Below are positions 1 to 13,540 of a stretch of 64,000 bases of DNA, one piece after another (position 1 is the first letter of the stretch; each line of letters begins with the position of its first letter). Position numbers and translations under genes: made by a program. A model generated the notes under the pieces. The model searched no databases, had not been told where the DNA came from, and saw only the letters and a program-made list of their open reading frames with translations. Source of the DNA: Octopus vulgaris (lineage: Eukaryota); the NCBI GenBank assembly GCA_951406725.2, contig OX597814.1, positions 213,528,001-213,592,000 of the forward strand. Direction: 5' to 3'.

Positions 1-355
1 TCATTCTCACTCTCATTTATCCTCACGTGACCGAGATTTGATTTTGTCTGCAGTTTCGGTCTTTGTATCCCACTCCATTGCTTTCATTTTACCTCAGATC
101 TGCCAAGTCAAACAGACGTCTTAAATTCGTTATCACAGATAATTTTCACTTTGACTAAAGATATCAACCGAAACGTTAGATTCTCTCCGGTCTCTTCCAT
201 TCGCCTATTTATCGTCATTGTTACAGATTTTTGTTTGTTGATTTATTCATTTTGCATTTCTGCAATTTTTTCAGTTATATGTTTTCGTTTCCTGACTCCA
301 TGCATTATTTTGTTTCTCGCAATATTTGCATCACAAACTTACTTGTGCTTTCTGA

Positions 356-408
<53 letters not shown>

Positions 409-510
409 AGAGAGAGAGAGAGGGAGATAGATAGATACATACATATAAACATACATACATAGACATAAACTTGTATATATATAATATTATATTTTATATA
501 TATATATATA

Positions 511-846
511 TATAATTTCAACAATTGAGGGTAAAATTAATTAATTATTAATCAATTTCACCAAGTGTTCAGTATGCAAAGGGACCATTTAAGGCGAATT
601 CAAATTATTACATTATATAAAAGGGCTTAGTAAAATAAATTACTTCGCCGCATACTGAACTCATTAGAAATAGCAGCTAAAAAACTTTTTTAAAGCTATT
701 TCTAATACTTAAAGAAAATCTCTCTCATATATAGCTATATGAGAGAGATTTTCTTTAAGTATTAGAAATAGCTTTTAAAAAAGTTTTTAGCTGCTATTTC
801 TAATGAGTTCAGTATGCGGCGAAGTAATTTATTTTACTAAGCCCTT

Positions 847-851
<5 letters not shown>
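511..851. mobile_element. Fold-back (palindromic) fragment of the 557-nt repeat unit seen at 27541-28832; PLE-type terminal repeat between (TA)n arrays
   Basis: 616-851 is a near-perfect palindrome centred on atagctat (about 734/735); 511-730 is near-identical to sequence in 27541-28832; flanked by (TA)n on both sides. Confidence 0.75.
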
Positions 852-1296
<445 letters not shown>

Positions 1297-1904
1297 TATG
1301 CGTGTGTAAGTGTGAGGAGAGTCTAATTCGTAGAACAGTTACATTATCTGGTAAAATATATTCTAGTGTTTGTTTCAATTGTCTGATTATAAATTCAAAT
1401 CACACCTATATTTAAGCATTTCAGCTACTAAGTTTAATGTTATTGATGTGCCTTGTGTTGATGCACTACCACCTCTCACTGCAAAGAATACCGGTGTTGA
1501 TGATCCAAATAACAAAACAAAAAAACGGTGATAATCCAAGATCCTTAAGCAAGTACCTATATATTGCAACTGAACATTTTCAGACTGAACACAGTAGAGA
1601 ACGTAAAGATATTTTAAGGCCTGTGCACTCCCTATGACAACGATTGTATACTTACATACATAAATACATACATACACACACAAACATATATATACATACA
1701 TATACACGTATACGTGTGTGTATGTATACATGTATTACGTAGATATGCATATGTGTGTGTGAAGAAAATGGTTACAGTTGTTATATTACCAAATGGGATG
1801 GGGCGCAATGTAAATCTAATAAGGTTTTTAACGTAAACATCTAGATGACATTGGAAATTTATCGTCCAAAGAAGATGACTTACACCAACATGTTGGGAAT
1901 ACAC

Positions 1905-2125
1905 GCATACATACATACATACATACATACGTACATACATACATACATACATACATACATACATACATGCATACTTACATACATACATACATACATACAT
2001 AGATTCATACATACATACATACATACATACATACATACATACATACATACATACATACATAAATACATGCATACATACATCCATACATACATACATTCAT
2101 ACATAAATACATACATACGTACATT
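1905..2125. repeat. (TACA)n microsatellite
   Basis: Direct reading. Confidence 0.97.
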
Positions 2126-2135
2126 CATAGGTAAA

Positions 2136-2388
2136 GACCACCTTCGCTCATGAATGACTGTGTGATTGCACCTAGAAAGTGCCCCTCCGAGGCACGTTGT
2201 CCAAGGGAAAGGCAAAGGCCGTTACAACTTGGCACCAGTGACGTCGTAGCTCATGTCACTTGAGTAAGCAGGAGCAATGTGAAATAAAGTGTCTTGATCA
2301 AGAACACAACCCACATCTCGGTCCGTGAATCGAACTCACAAGCTCATGATTGTGAGCCTGACGCTCAAACCACTGAACCATGTGCCTT
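2136..2388 (-). mobile_element. tRNA-derived SINE, family D (central gtgttcttgagcaagacactttatttc domain)
   Basis: Minus strand has A box tggttcagtgg and B box gagttcgattc; homologous to 56030-56371 and 14960-15198. Confidence 0.8.
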
Positions 2389-2868
2389 TACTATATACAG
2401 TGATTAGGTAAAAGCAAAATAAGCTTAGTTTACATAAATCAGAGTAATGTTAAAATGGATGGGAACGTAAATTCCAATCTCTTCACCTAGGGCCAGCGCC
2501 ACTGCCTCGAAAGCCGGCTTTAAGAACAGCCCTTTTCGAGAGGTTATGGAGGTAGTAAAGTAGATAAACACATATAGGTTTGAGATATATATTTACATGG
2601 GGCACAAAATACAGATTACGGAATAAAGAAAAAAGCAGAGAAAATAACAGAGTTATGTAAAGTATTATCTTATCAGCTGTTTCAAGACGGTCATAACTTA
2701 CGTAGAAACTATATTCATATGTAATATGAAACTTGTTATCGTCGGTGTGTTTCCTGCAACTAGTCCCGATGAAAGCATTAAGTTAGACTTCACTTCTCAA
2801 GAATAAATTTGATTAGTACCAGAGGAAACGTTTTGTAGCGAACTCCTCCACTTTTGAAAAGTTGATGT

Positions 2869-3090
2869 GGCTGGCAGAATCGTTAGCACGCCGGGCGAAA
2901 TGCGTAGCCGTATTTCGTCTGCCGTTACGTTCTGAGTTCAAATTCCGCCGAGGTCGACTTTGCCTTTCATCCTCTCGGGGTCGATAAATAAAGTACCAGT
3001 TTCGCACTGGGTCGATGTAATCGACTTAATCCCTTTGTCTGCCCTTGTTTGTCCCCTCTGTGTTTAGTCCCTTGAGGGCAGTAAAGAAAT
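2869..3090 (+). mobile_element. tRNA-derived SINE, family A (Nin/Deu-like central domain gcctttcatcct..ggggtcgataaa..agtaccag)
   Basis: Near-identical to copies at 28931, 32736, 35128 and 38404; B-box-like gagttcaaattcc. Confidence 0.85.
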
Positions 3091-3099
3091 ATATACTCC

Positions 3100-3620
3100 A
3101 ATCTGTTTCAGATGCATTCTGAGAGTATTATATGAAATACCTTTTCACTAGGTGACGGTTATGGTTGACGACCGCTGATTATAGCAGCTCCCAATACAAA
3201 TGTACTCGACAGTGGAAATGTAGCATGTATGCCCTACTACAGACTCGCCAAGCAGATTAATTTCTTCGTTAAACTAACAGTCAGGTCTCGATTTTGTGGC
3301 CAAAGAAGTACAAAACACTCTCAAGACAATCTTGAAAAAGTGTAACATAGAGAATACTTGGAACATCAGGCCTAAGATTTCTCACTATGGTGTAGTGTAT
3401 TGTACTCTGGTGTACAACACTCAGATTCAAAAATGATCAGAGACGCTAAAGTGAATGAGGCTACGCGGAAAGCATAAGTTACACCGGTCCTAATTCTGCT
3501 AACATATAACCCCCGCCACCCTGTATTCATGGATTTAATTACAGTATTGACCTAATAAGCCACCTCGAAACCTGCAGAATACGAACTTGCTAATATGGTC
3601 ATCTTCAGAGACAGGAAGGA
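3100..3620 (+). mobile_element. Highly decayed RTE-type LINE 3' end
   Basis: Broken reading resembling PKQI..., KYKxxLKxxLKKCNI and a terminal xLISHL zinc-finger remnant typical of RTE C-termini. Confidence 0.45.
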
Positions 3621-4368
3621 CGGACGTCACTCCAAAAATTACTACCAAATATACGAGGAAAGGGCGTAAGAGTTCCAATCAATTTTCATGGTTGCTACAC
3701 TTAAATCAAAACATATCAAGAACGCCGACAAAGTCATTGAGTAAACTATTCGAAGCAGTTAAAGAATCCTTGGGTCTAAATCCAGCCAAATGTGAAACGA
3801 CTTAACAGCTAACTTCAACAAAAGTCAGATTTGATAACCCTAACCCAAATTTGATTGTCCCAAAATAGATGATACAGAGTGTAACGATTTTTCTAAAACC
3901 CGTCATGTAAATTTATTTTCAAAAAGCATTCAGAAATAATCAAAAGTTATTAAAGGAGAGATAAACAATAACGTATACAAACCATCGATTCCATCGCCGC
4001 CACATCTTCAAACATATATCTCTGTATATAACGAATGTGCCACAGATGGCGTCATCTATATATATATATATAACACTGAGAATGTGTGTCTGTCTGTCTA
4101 TCTGTGTGTGTGCATCTCTATAAGTCGAGAACTACGCAACCGATTTCATTCAAATTTTATAAATGTCTTACATAGGGTACAACAGTGTAATGAGCCAAAA
4201 CATATTCGACTTTTTCCTTAATGCGAGCTAAGAGTAACCCCTTAACTCTTACGCTATTTCAGTATTACGCGGCAAAAGTGAAACAATAACATCTCTATTG
4301 TAATGTGAGATAATACTTTCACATTAAATAAGTTTCACTATTAATGTTTTCACTTTGTATATATATAA

Positions 4369-4401
<33 letters not shown>

Positions 4402-4674
4402 TGTATATACATATATATACATATATATTTATATCTTTGTATATATGTATATATATATATGTAACTATGTATGTATATGTACGTATACATATATATGTGT
4501 GTGTGTATATGAATATATATGTATATATTTGTATGGATATTTATTTATATATGTATGTATATTTATATGTATATATATATATATATGTGTGTGTATGTAT
4601 ATATATATATATATGAATATATATGTGTGTGTATATATATGTATATATGTATGTATTGATAATAATAAAAGAAT

Positions 4675-4821
4675 AACAATAGAATAAATTTACTTAACTT
4701 ATACTAATTATCAAATAAAAATAGAAAAATACGTGTATTAACGATTATTTATAGTTAATACACGTATTTTTCTATATTTATTTGATAATTAGTATACGTT
4801 AAGTACATTTATTCTATTGTT
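4675..4821. repeat. About 68-bp-arm inverted repeat (fold-back) directly upstream of (ATT)n and a hammerhead-like motif
   Basis: 4675-4742 is the reverse complement of 4754-4821 with few mismatches. Confidence 0.9.
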
Positions 4822-4831
4822 GTTATCATCA

Positions 4832-4903
<72 letters not shown>

Positions 4904-4910
4904 TTATTTT

Positions 4911-5030
4911 AGACCTGATGAGTGACTATATTTTTAAATAGAATTAATTTTAGATCGATTTAATTTTAAATCGAATTGATTTTATTATTATTATTATCTA
5001 TTTGAAAATTTAGCCACGAAATGCGTGTAA
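4911..5030 (+). ncRNA. Hammerhead-like motif with extended stem II
   Basis: CTGATGA-GTGACTA...long AT-rich stem...TAGCCAC-GAAA-TGCGT; stems I and III degenerate. Confidence 0.45.
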
Positions 5031-5205
5031 TCTTTTACTACTATTTACTAGTTATTGTTTTTGTACTTTATTAACTTTTGGAATAAGGTTTTTATAGTAT
5101 ATGTTTTCTATATGGTGTGAATAACATCTTTCATTATTGAATTGTTTAATTAGGGTTTTCGCTAAATTATATACATATATTATGTATGGATATATACATA
5201 TATAT

Positions 5206-5485
5206 TATAGCCTCAGGCCAACCAAAGCCTTGTGATTGAACTTCGTACACGGAAACTGAACGAAGATTGTTGTATACATGTGTATGTGTGTGTGTACCCC
5301 CATTATTGCTTGCAACCGATGTTGCTATCTTTACGTTCCCACAGCTTAACGGTTTGGCAAATGCCACTGATAGAATAAGTACTAAGCTAACAAATAATAA
5401 ATCCCGTGGTCGACTTGATCAATCGATGGTGGTGCTCCAGCATGGCCTCATTTACTTGGCTGAAACAATAAAAACAATAAAAAAT
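5206..5485 (+). mobile_element. SINE family B, 5'-truncated and diverged
   Basis: Homology to 41347-41765 (gatagaataagtact, ggtgctccagcatggcc). Confidence 0.75.
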
Positions 5486-5787
5486 ACTATACCATTTTTA
5501 TCCCGAGTAAGGCCGGATATCTCTGCTAATAGAATATATAATTTACAAATAATTTAAATCCACATTTCGTGAAGTTTTCACAGATGTTTTTACTATTATT
5601 AGACAAAACGTATTCATGTGATTTAAGTTAGAGAAACAACAACCAATCTTATGTTAAGCAATATCAAAAACGGCGCTGATCACTTTACAGAACACGTGGT
5701 AATATATATTTGTATATTGCAGCTGACCTTCTAAAGTAACACGTACGAGATGCCTAAAATTGCTCGAAGTAAACTATCCAAATAAAT

Positions 5788-6167
5788 GGAAGCACTCCGT
5801 CGGTTACGACGATGAGGGTTCCGGTTGATCCGATCAACGGAACAGCCTGCTCGTGAAATTAATGTGTAAGTGGCTGAGCACTCCACAGACACGTGTACCC
5901 TTAACGTAGTTCTCGGGGATATTCAGCGTGACACAGAGAGTGACAAGGCCGGGCCTTTGAAATACAGGTACAACAGAAACAGGAAGTAAGAGTGAGAGAA
6001 AGTTGTGGTGAAAGAGTACAGCAGAGATCACCACCATCCCTGCCGGAGCGTCGTGGAGCTTTAGGTGTTTTCGCTCAATAAACACTCACAACGCCCGGTC
6101 TGGGAATCGAAACCGCGATCCTACGACCGCGAGTCCGCTGCCCTAACCACTGGGCCATTGCGCCTCC
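5788..6167 (-). mobile_element. Full-length tRNA-derived SINE, family C, with 15-bp TSD
   Basis: TSD actatccaaataaat at 5773-5787 and 6168-6182; near-identical to 39755-40140; A box tggcccagtgg, B box ggtttcgattccc. Confidence 0.92.
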
Positions 6168-7435
6168 ACTATCCAAATAAATAACAAAACTAGCAGAAAA
6201 CATCCACAAACAGAGCTTGAAACTAGACATTTAAATTATCTCATGATGTAGAAGTTAAGCAATAGTATTGCGATTGTCTTTGACCCTATGTAAATCTTTC
6301 GATAGAAACATTTGCAGAAAACAATCTCTTTGTATGTTGATACGGTATTTTTATAAAGACAAGTGATTATATGGCAAAAGTCACAACGTAATCATTAATA
6401 AACATCATTATTTCTTTGTTGGAAATTTGTCTTATCAATGCACAAAGAAATCTTATGAAGCAGAATGCAGACACCCAGTCATCAGATAATATGTAAACAC
6501 ATTGCTAGCTTAAGTATTTTGTATAATCTTTACACAGTTTGTCTGAACAAATTTTCCTAATTCCATTGGGAGAATCACCGATGGAGATATCAACAAAACT
6601 CAAAACAAGCAGAATAAGTGACAACAATTTGACATGATATAGTAACGCTATTCTATAGCACAAAGAAACCTTCATATATGTTATTAAAACGTAAGAAAAG
6701 CACACCCCAATACCAAACTCTTCACATTGATGCTGACTACTTTTATTTCATGCAATGAAATCTCTAGGTGCTGACTTTTGACGGTTGTGTGTACAATAAG
6801 ATGAGCAAACAAGAAGATACTCGTCGCCGTTTTCGTCGTCATCGTTGTCGTCGTCAGCTTTACAATATCCCAGAATTCATTTTCAGTATCAGAATCGATA
6901 TCAATTCGCTCTATAGTTATTTTTATTAAACCTGGTACGTATTCTATCGGACACTTTCTGCCTGATTTCTAGGTTACGTGAACGTAAAAAAAGACTCAAT
7001 ACCAGTTGTCAAGCGGCGGTGGGAGACAAACAAACAAACACATGGTACACGATCCTAATATGAATCGTAGACATCTACATATACCGAGAAAAGAGAATTA
7101 AGACCATTCTTACAGCCTAAGAATATCGTAGATAGTAACATCACTCAGCATATGGCAAACATCAGCAGCAAACTCAAATACATTATGTAGTGCTCAAATG
7201 GGCGGACAACATTTCAGGAGGTGAATTTGAATTCTTCAAACCTCACATGATTCCCTATACGAACTTAAAACTTTGGAAATGAACTACTTCAACAAAGGTT
7301 TGAAAGAGATTCATTCTGCTTACACTGTATAAGTTATCCGGAATCTTAAGAACAATGCATTCACAAGGAATGCAATCTATTTTAGATTCTATATTGTTAC
7401 ACTCTGTTACAATTCGAAATATATGCCTGCTTGAC

Positions 7436-7469
<34 letters not shown>

Positions 7470-7719
7470 TCTGTGGGGGGCTTAAGTATATGTATATTGT
7501 AATAGAAGAAATAGAAGTCAATACAATCGAATATAAAATTTTTTTGTCGGTCGCAAAGTAACGTAAATGACTCGATTCCCGCAGTTTCTTAACGAGAAAG
7601 AGAGTAATGACTTTAAATATCCAAGATTTGGACAAAACATGTCAAATATTCCAAATATCTTCAACTGCTGTCTGAAATATCATTATGATTTTTTTCCACC
7701 AGTGTAGTTCGTATTTTAG

Positions 7720-8432
7720 CTAAAACAATATGCAGGGTCCGTTGGGTGGATTACATGGGATAACTATATAAATTCTTTTGTTGTTGGATAAATGATCCTT
7801 ATATTCAATACAATCAATATTGGCGAAACATTCTCATCAGATTACAAATTAATATTTATTTCTTTATCTTTAACATGCATAACGTTTTCAATATTATTAC
7901 GTAATGAGCAACATAATCACATACTTACAGGCGCGACTATACAAATATATGTATCCAAGTAAAGAATTTGTAAGATTCAAAGCAGTAATTCCTAAGGTCT
8001 TCTTTGCCTCTTATTTCGAGTGAAATGTTCACAACCCTAGAGGCGCAATGGCCTAGTGGTTAGGGCAGCGGACTCGCGGTCGCAGGATCGCGGTTTCGAT
8101 TCTCAGACCGGGCGTTGTGTGTGTTTATTGAGCGAAAACACCTAAAAGCTCTACGAGGCTCCGGCAGGGGTGGTGATCCCTGCTGTACTCTTTCACCACA
8201 ATGGCGGTGCCCCAGCATGGCCACAGCTCAAGAGCTGAAACTGGAAAAACAAAAACAAAAACAAAAACAAACCCTCATGTACGTAAAACAATATGCAGGG
8301 TCATCCGTTGGATGGACTACAAGAGATAAATATAAATTCTTTTGTTGCTGAATATATGATATTATATTCACTACAATAAATAATGGTGAAACATATTCAT
8401 CAAATTTGAAATTATCATTTCCTTTATCTCTT
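7720..8432 (+). repeat. Diverged direct duplication of about 150 bp (7720-7870 and 8284-8432)
   Basis: Both start taaaacaatatgcagggtc and share tataaattcttttgttg...gaaacat...catca...ctttatct. Confidence 0.75.
8040..8272 (+). mobile_element. SINE: family C head joined to a family-B-like tail (cagcatggccacagctc...ctgaaac, (CAAAAA)n)
   Basis: Head near-identical to 38843 and 39755; tail differs. Confidence 0.85.
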
Positions 8433-9945
8433 GGTGGAAACATCCACCTTACATTTTATGATTGAGTTAATCTCTGTACGACACAAAGATCCATTTGACG
8501 CATGCAAAAGTTTCAGTTTCGATTACAGCCCATTCGTTTATAATGAAAATGGCCGAGAATATTTCGGTCTACTTATTCAAACACAAAGATGGTACTAATT
8601 ATTTGATAAATCAAAATTTTAAAATCTATCTACTTGAGAACACTTGTTCTGCACTAGTGGATTTCCAGCAATTTTCTTGATCAGTCTCGTCTACGTCGAT
8701 TTAATCACCGACAACCCGACCATGTATACACACTCACGCACATATTATATAAATACACACTGGTAAGATAACCAATGAAATTATCTGGCTTTTACTGTAG
8801 TCTTAAATTAATACTTGATCATAAACTAGTTTTTGTCAATAGATTCTCTGAAGCAAGAAGATATTAGAACGAGTATTTATTGATCAACACCGAAGAAGAT
8901 GATTACATTTAACAGCTTGACCTCTTTAACATAAAACTATCCATTATTGTGTTATCAGCTCTACTAATTTTAGCGGGAAGAAAACAATCGTTTAAATCAC
9001 GTCATTTCCTGACTTGTGTTATTCTGTCAAGCTCAAATGCGATCAATGGTAAAGCTAATCTCGGAACATAGTCATAACACAAAAATCGTTAAGTACTCAG
9101 ACACTTTATGATTGAACCAGTCCACCGCTATTTGATCATCAATTCCGTAGTATGCTATGAGAAAACGTTTCCTGGTTTTAAATGAACAGATGAGCGAACA
9201 AAACACGTTAATTAACTCTAAATTTGAAAAAAGGATTTTTTATATTTGTCTATCAGAACATAAATTGAGGAAGTAAAAATTAAATAGGGTCTGAGAGTCC
9301 AAAAAATATGCTTAATGAAAATTCAATTCGTAAAATCAAAGTAACTTGATTATTTAAAAAAAAGATAATTAATGCGTAAACTAAGTTAGTATTTATAAAC
9401 CTTTAAAAATTATTTTATTATAAGCCAGCTGTTAGACACAGTAAAAACAGATTCTTCAATTAGAAAAAAAAATTACAGAATTTCTTTTAAGACAAGTTGA
9501 AATATTTGACGATAATACTTGTTTTTCGCATAAATTCTGAATTCACATACACTCCACCACACACACACACATATGTATCTTATACATAACAGTCGTTGTT
9601 CTAGTTTGCTCTGGTTGTCATAGAGACAGAGAGAAGCAGAGACAAGCAGACAGAGAGTGATGGAGAGAGAAAAGAAAGGGAGAACGACAGACATAGTTAA
9701 AGAATGGCTTGAAGGAAGAAAGTTGGCAGTAAAAATTTTATTTCAGTTCTTAAATACAATTACAATGTTAATTTACTTGGCGCTTATTGTAAATACGTGG
9801 TTAGAACTATCGTAATTTCTCACGTGGAGTGCTTTGTAATTAAACATTTTCCTAAACTCATTATTCCTTTTTAGTACCAACCAATTACTGCATTAATAGG
9901 ATTAAATTCCTAATCTGTCAAACGGCACGTCATTAATTTAACACC

Positions 9946-10271
9946 GTGAGGGCGCGTGGCTTAGTGGTTAGGGCATTCGGCTCATGATCGTAAGGTTGTG
10001 AGTTCGATTCCCGGCGACGCGTTGTGTCCTTGAGCAAGACACTTTATTTCACGTTGCTCCAGTCCACTCAGCTTGCAAAAATGAGTTGTACTTGTACTTC
10101 AAAGAGTCAGCCTTGTCACTCTCTGTGTCACGCTGATTATCCCCGAGAACTACGTTAAGGGTACACGTGTCTGTGGAATGCTCAGCCATTTGCACGTTAA
10201 TTTCACGAGCAAGCTGTTCCGTTGATCGTATCAGCTGGGACCCTCGTCGTCGTAACCGGCGGAGTCTTTAG
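9946..10271 (+). mobile_element. SINE: family D head and core joined to a family C tail, 11-bp TSD
   Basis: TSD aatttaacacc at 9935-9945 and 10272-10282; tail gccttgtcactctctgtgtcacgctga...cgtcgtaacc shared with 39755-40140. Confidence 0.88.
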
Positions 10272-10511
10272 AATTTAACACCTTTCTGTGATGCACAAAA
10301 CTGCATAAATTGGAAGGAGTTAGATAAATTTAAATATTATAAAACCGCACTGTGGATGTAAGAAGAATGCAGACACATTCTCTGTATACTGTTGATGTAC
10401 GGCAACGGAAATGGGTGTTTAACTAGTGACGTGCAGTCAAGAAGATAATATATGCAAATTAGGCTATTCACTAACGTGTCAGCCTGATTTATATTTGCTT
10501 TATATAGTAGA

Positions 10512-10887
10512 CTAGCAGTATCGCCCGGCGTTGCTCAGGTTTGTAAGGGAAATAACTATAAAGCATTTTTAGAGAGTTATAGCCAAAAAACAGCAAAAAG
10601 ATGGAAAAAAAAATGATGGTAATTTTTTTTTAGTTAAAAAAGGTGGAGTTGCGTCCCCTAGACAGTTTGCGGTTTGTGTTTCTGATTCTCGACCCCATGT
10701 CGCATTTATCGATTTTTTCAGAACTGGGGGAACTTTTCAAAATTTTCGCTGCGTTAGTTTTGAATTATGACATTGGGCTATGCGTGTGTCAAGTTTCATC
10801 AGAATCGGTTGAAAGCCGTGGTCAGGGTACAAGAAAACAGACACACAGAAACACGCACAGACAAACTGCCGTTTATATATAGAGAGA
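10512..10887 (-). mobile_element. Non-autonomous Helitron
   Basis: On the minus strand A|TCTCTCTATATATAAAC...cctgagcaacgccggg(hairpin)cgatactgCTAG|T: canonical TC...CTAG termini, A/T insertion site, no TSD. Confidence 0.8.
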
Positions 10888-11152
10888 TATTCTGTGCCAC
10901 TAAATGAGAAGGAAGTCGGGAACATCTCTTAGGAGCGCTCAACAATCAAACGGTTTGTCAGGAGACTCCAATTTTTTATTGCATGTCAGTAGCATAGGAA
11001 CAATTGTGTTTATTTTGTTATGACATCCACAGTAAGACCTTAACGTCTAATTTTATTTCAGTTCTTCTGATTCGTGTTGTATTGTCCATCCATCCGTGCA
11101 TCCATCCATCCATCCATACATACATACATACATACATACATACATACATACA

Positions 11153-11184
<32 letters not shown>

Positions 11185-11830
11185 ATCACGTGATATTAAC
11201 GCACGGATATAGTGGGAAACCTACACAAATTTCTAAGATTACTAATCACATGCTCTTCCTCTACTATACTTGACAGGTAAAATTGAGACAGCCTTGAACG
11301 TTAGGGATTGTCGCAAGACAGGCTCACTTAACTGTGATAGCTAACGGCGTCAAACATATTGTTACATGGCATTTGAGAACGGACGTCGCGGAGAACATAC
11401 AAAAATTATTTCTAAACCTGATCACGTGGTCATCCTCGACCAATCAAAATGCATCCAAAATGCATAGCACCACCTCTTTCTATCTCAGCTTTTGCAAATA
11501 AAAGAAATCTATGAAAACGGTTACGTCTTAAAAATCATTTAAACAAAAAAATCTAAACGAATCCTAGTGAATTTTCAACTTCTTTCATACACACACCCAC
11601 ACACCCTCCCCCATATACATATATAGTATTTAATTATTAGCGATCTGTCAAAGCACACGTATAAAAATTATGTTGTTCACAAATATGCTAGCCTAATTTA
11701 TGGCTACTTTAAGTAGCAGCTGACAAACAATATTCATTGACGAAGGAATCCGAGTAGTCTTTCGAGAAGAGCAGTTAACAACCTGTGAAATTATTTGTCT
11801 AGAAATTCCTCCCCCTCGCTTTCTTTCTCT

Positions 11831-11878
<48 letters not shown>

Positions 11879-12099
11879 CATGTATATTCATGTATATCAT
11901 TGTATATGTAAAAGGCTTTTACATCCATATTGAGACATAATTAAATATGTTATATATATATATATATATATATATATACTGTTGTGTCTGGGGGGAGTCA
12001 TTTAGTGCCTTATAATTTAACACACTAACTAGTAAAATTTCCACTTTTTCTTTTTGATTTTCCTAAACTTTTCGTTGCGTCTTGCAATCTTTTCAATCA

Positions 12100-12780
12100 T
12101 CATTCATCATTGTTCGACCGTGGTCGAGACAATGAAATTAACCAGGCTACGCCAGACTTCACGGTCCATCATGGCATTACGGAGGTCCTGTTGCTGGATG
12201 CCTGAATCCCTGAAGATTACATCAGGGTAGGAGAGTGTGCACCCTATGGCATTGTGAGTAGATGGCTTCCAGAGGAGGAGAGTAGAAATTACCTCTTTTT
12301 CAGCTCTACAACAATGTCCAGCAAACTGAACTCTCCTACCTTTCACAAGAGATGACACAGGTGGTAGTTTCCCATATATTTGCATTTTCGTTGGATGGCG
12401 CTTCCACGAGAGATTTTGAGCTCTCATAAGGAGGCGAGTGTAGGTTCCATTCAACCGCCTCTCAAGCTTCTTTGATAACGTCCAGGTTTCTGAGCCATAT
12501 AGTAGAATTGGTTCGACTGTGGCTTTGAAGATTTCAAGTTTGAAGTCTCTACTTAGATTTGATGACCAGATCTTATGCATGTCATTGCAGGCTGACCAGG
12601 CCATACCCTTTCTAGTTAGAAAGTCTTTTCCAGATGATGATATGTATGACCCAAGATATTTGTAATCAGAAACCATATTTAAGGGCGCATTGTTAAGAGT
12701 ATGGATGATGCAATCACTGTTGGACAGGCACTTGTTTATATATTCAGTCTTGGCCTCATTGAGGTAAAGACCTACACAAT
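12100..12780 (-). mobile_element. 5'-truncated RTE/RTE-X-like LINE (RT thumb and C-terminus, ORF 12107-12676)
   Basis: YKYLGS, LLYGSETWTL, QFAGHC and DREVWR motifs; short tandem (ATGA) 3' tail. Confidence 0.88.
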
Positions 12781-12830
12781 TTCAATAGTTTTCAATAGTT
12801 TGATTCTTAACCACTACGTCATATGCCGTG

Positions 12831-12900
12831 GGCATATGGCGTAGTGGTTAAGAGCGCGGGATACTAACCCCAAGATTCCGAGTTCGAATCCAGGCAGTGA

Positions 12901-12960
<60 letters not shown>
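12831..12960 (+). mobile_element. tRNA-like SINE head plus (AAT)n; 5' part of the composite tRNA/(AAT)n/hammerhead element
   Basis: A box tggcgtagtgg, B box gagttcgaatcc; homologous to 55957-56028 on the minus strand; preceded by its own inverted copy at 12805-12827. Confidence 0.8.
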
Positions 12961-12962
<2 letters not shown>

Positions 12963-13515
12963 GCCCTGATGCAGTACCAGACAGTGGTTCTCATGGCTTC
13001 TCATCTAAACTGATTGGAAGTGTTATCATGTACATCGTTTTGTCTTGGTATAAAAGATAGGCTACAGCAAATATTCTGCTCAATACCACAGATTTGCTTG
13101 TCAGTTGTTTGACCTTAACCAGTTGAGCATATCCCTTAGTGGCTGACGATGTGTGCATCTCTGATCACGAGCAGAAGTAGTGGGGGAGCATCATAGCCAC
13201 ATGTTGAGAGTGATTTTGTGAGTTTGAATAATTCGCCTCTGGAAACATGGATGTTTCGTTCAATGTCCTTAAACAACGCTTATTCAGGGACCTTTTGAGT
13301 GGGATGGGCTACTCGACCCGAAGAAAATTCTAACTGGGCCCCACCTGCAAGGTCACGTGCTGTTTATCTTGATATGAGATCTCCACGTCGCGCGCATATG
13401 GTTGTGATGCATGTGCCTAGTGTACCCTTATCAGACGGGTAGTCATGATAGGTATACTGCGCTTCGCTTATTTTACCCCAGTGTTACTATGATGATATGC
13501 ACTGCTCTCTCACTC
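12961..13515. mobile_element. Unclassified 555-bp insert bounded by (AAT)n on both sides
   Basis: Higher GC than flanks, sharp (AAT)n boundaries, no recognisable ORF. Confidence 0.55.
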
Positions 13516-13540
13516 AATAATGATAATAATAATAACAACA

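Larger units (their letters stand above)
4055..5529 (+). mobile_element. Probable non-autonomous Helitron containing nested microsatellites, a PLE-like fragment and a SINE
   Basis: A|TCTATATATA 5' end followed by gtctgtctgtct and ccgatttcattcaaattt; 3' end cccgagtaaggccggatatctctgCTAA|T resembles the hairpin-CTAG end of the 10512-10887 copy. Confidence 0.55.

Noticed and set aside
2760-2840. Hammerhead (ccgatgaaag...gaaacgtt)
   Set aside because: Core is mutated and no convincing stem I or II
3832-3850. Telomeric repeat (taaccc)
   Set aside because: Only two units; expected by chance
5834-6085. Conserved small [12 protein letters not shown]... recurring in several places
   Set aside because: Recurrence reflects SINE copy identity; frames differ between copies
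6505-6705. Secreted or M13 peptidase-like exon (hydrophobic stretch followed by two cysteines)
   Set aside because: In-frame stop follows, downstream motifs are absent and there are no convincing splice sites
12831-12904. Functional tRNA gene (apparent ACT anticodon)
   Set aside because: Acceptor and anticodon stems pair poorly, the two copies are diverged, and it runs into (AAT)n; best read as a SINE head
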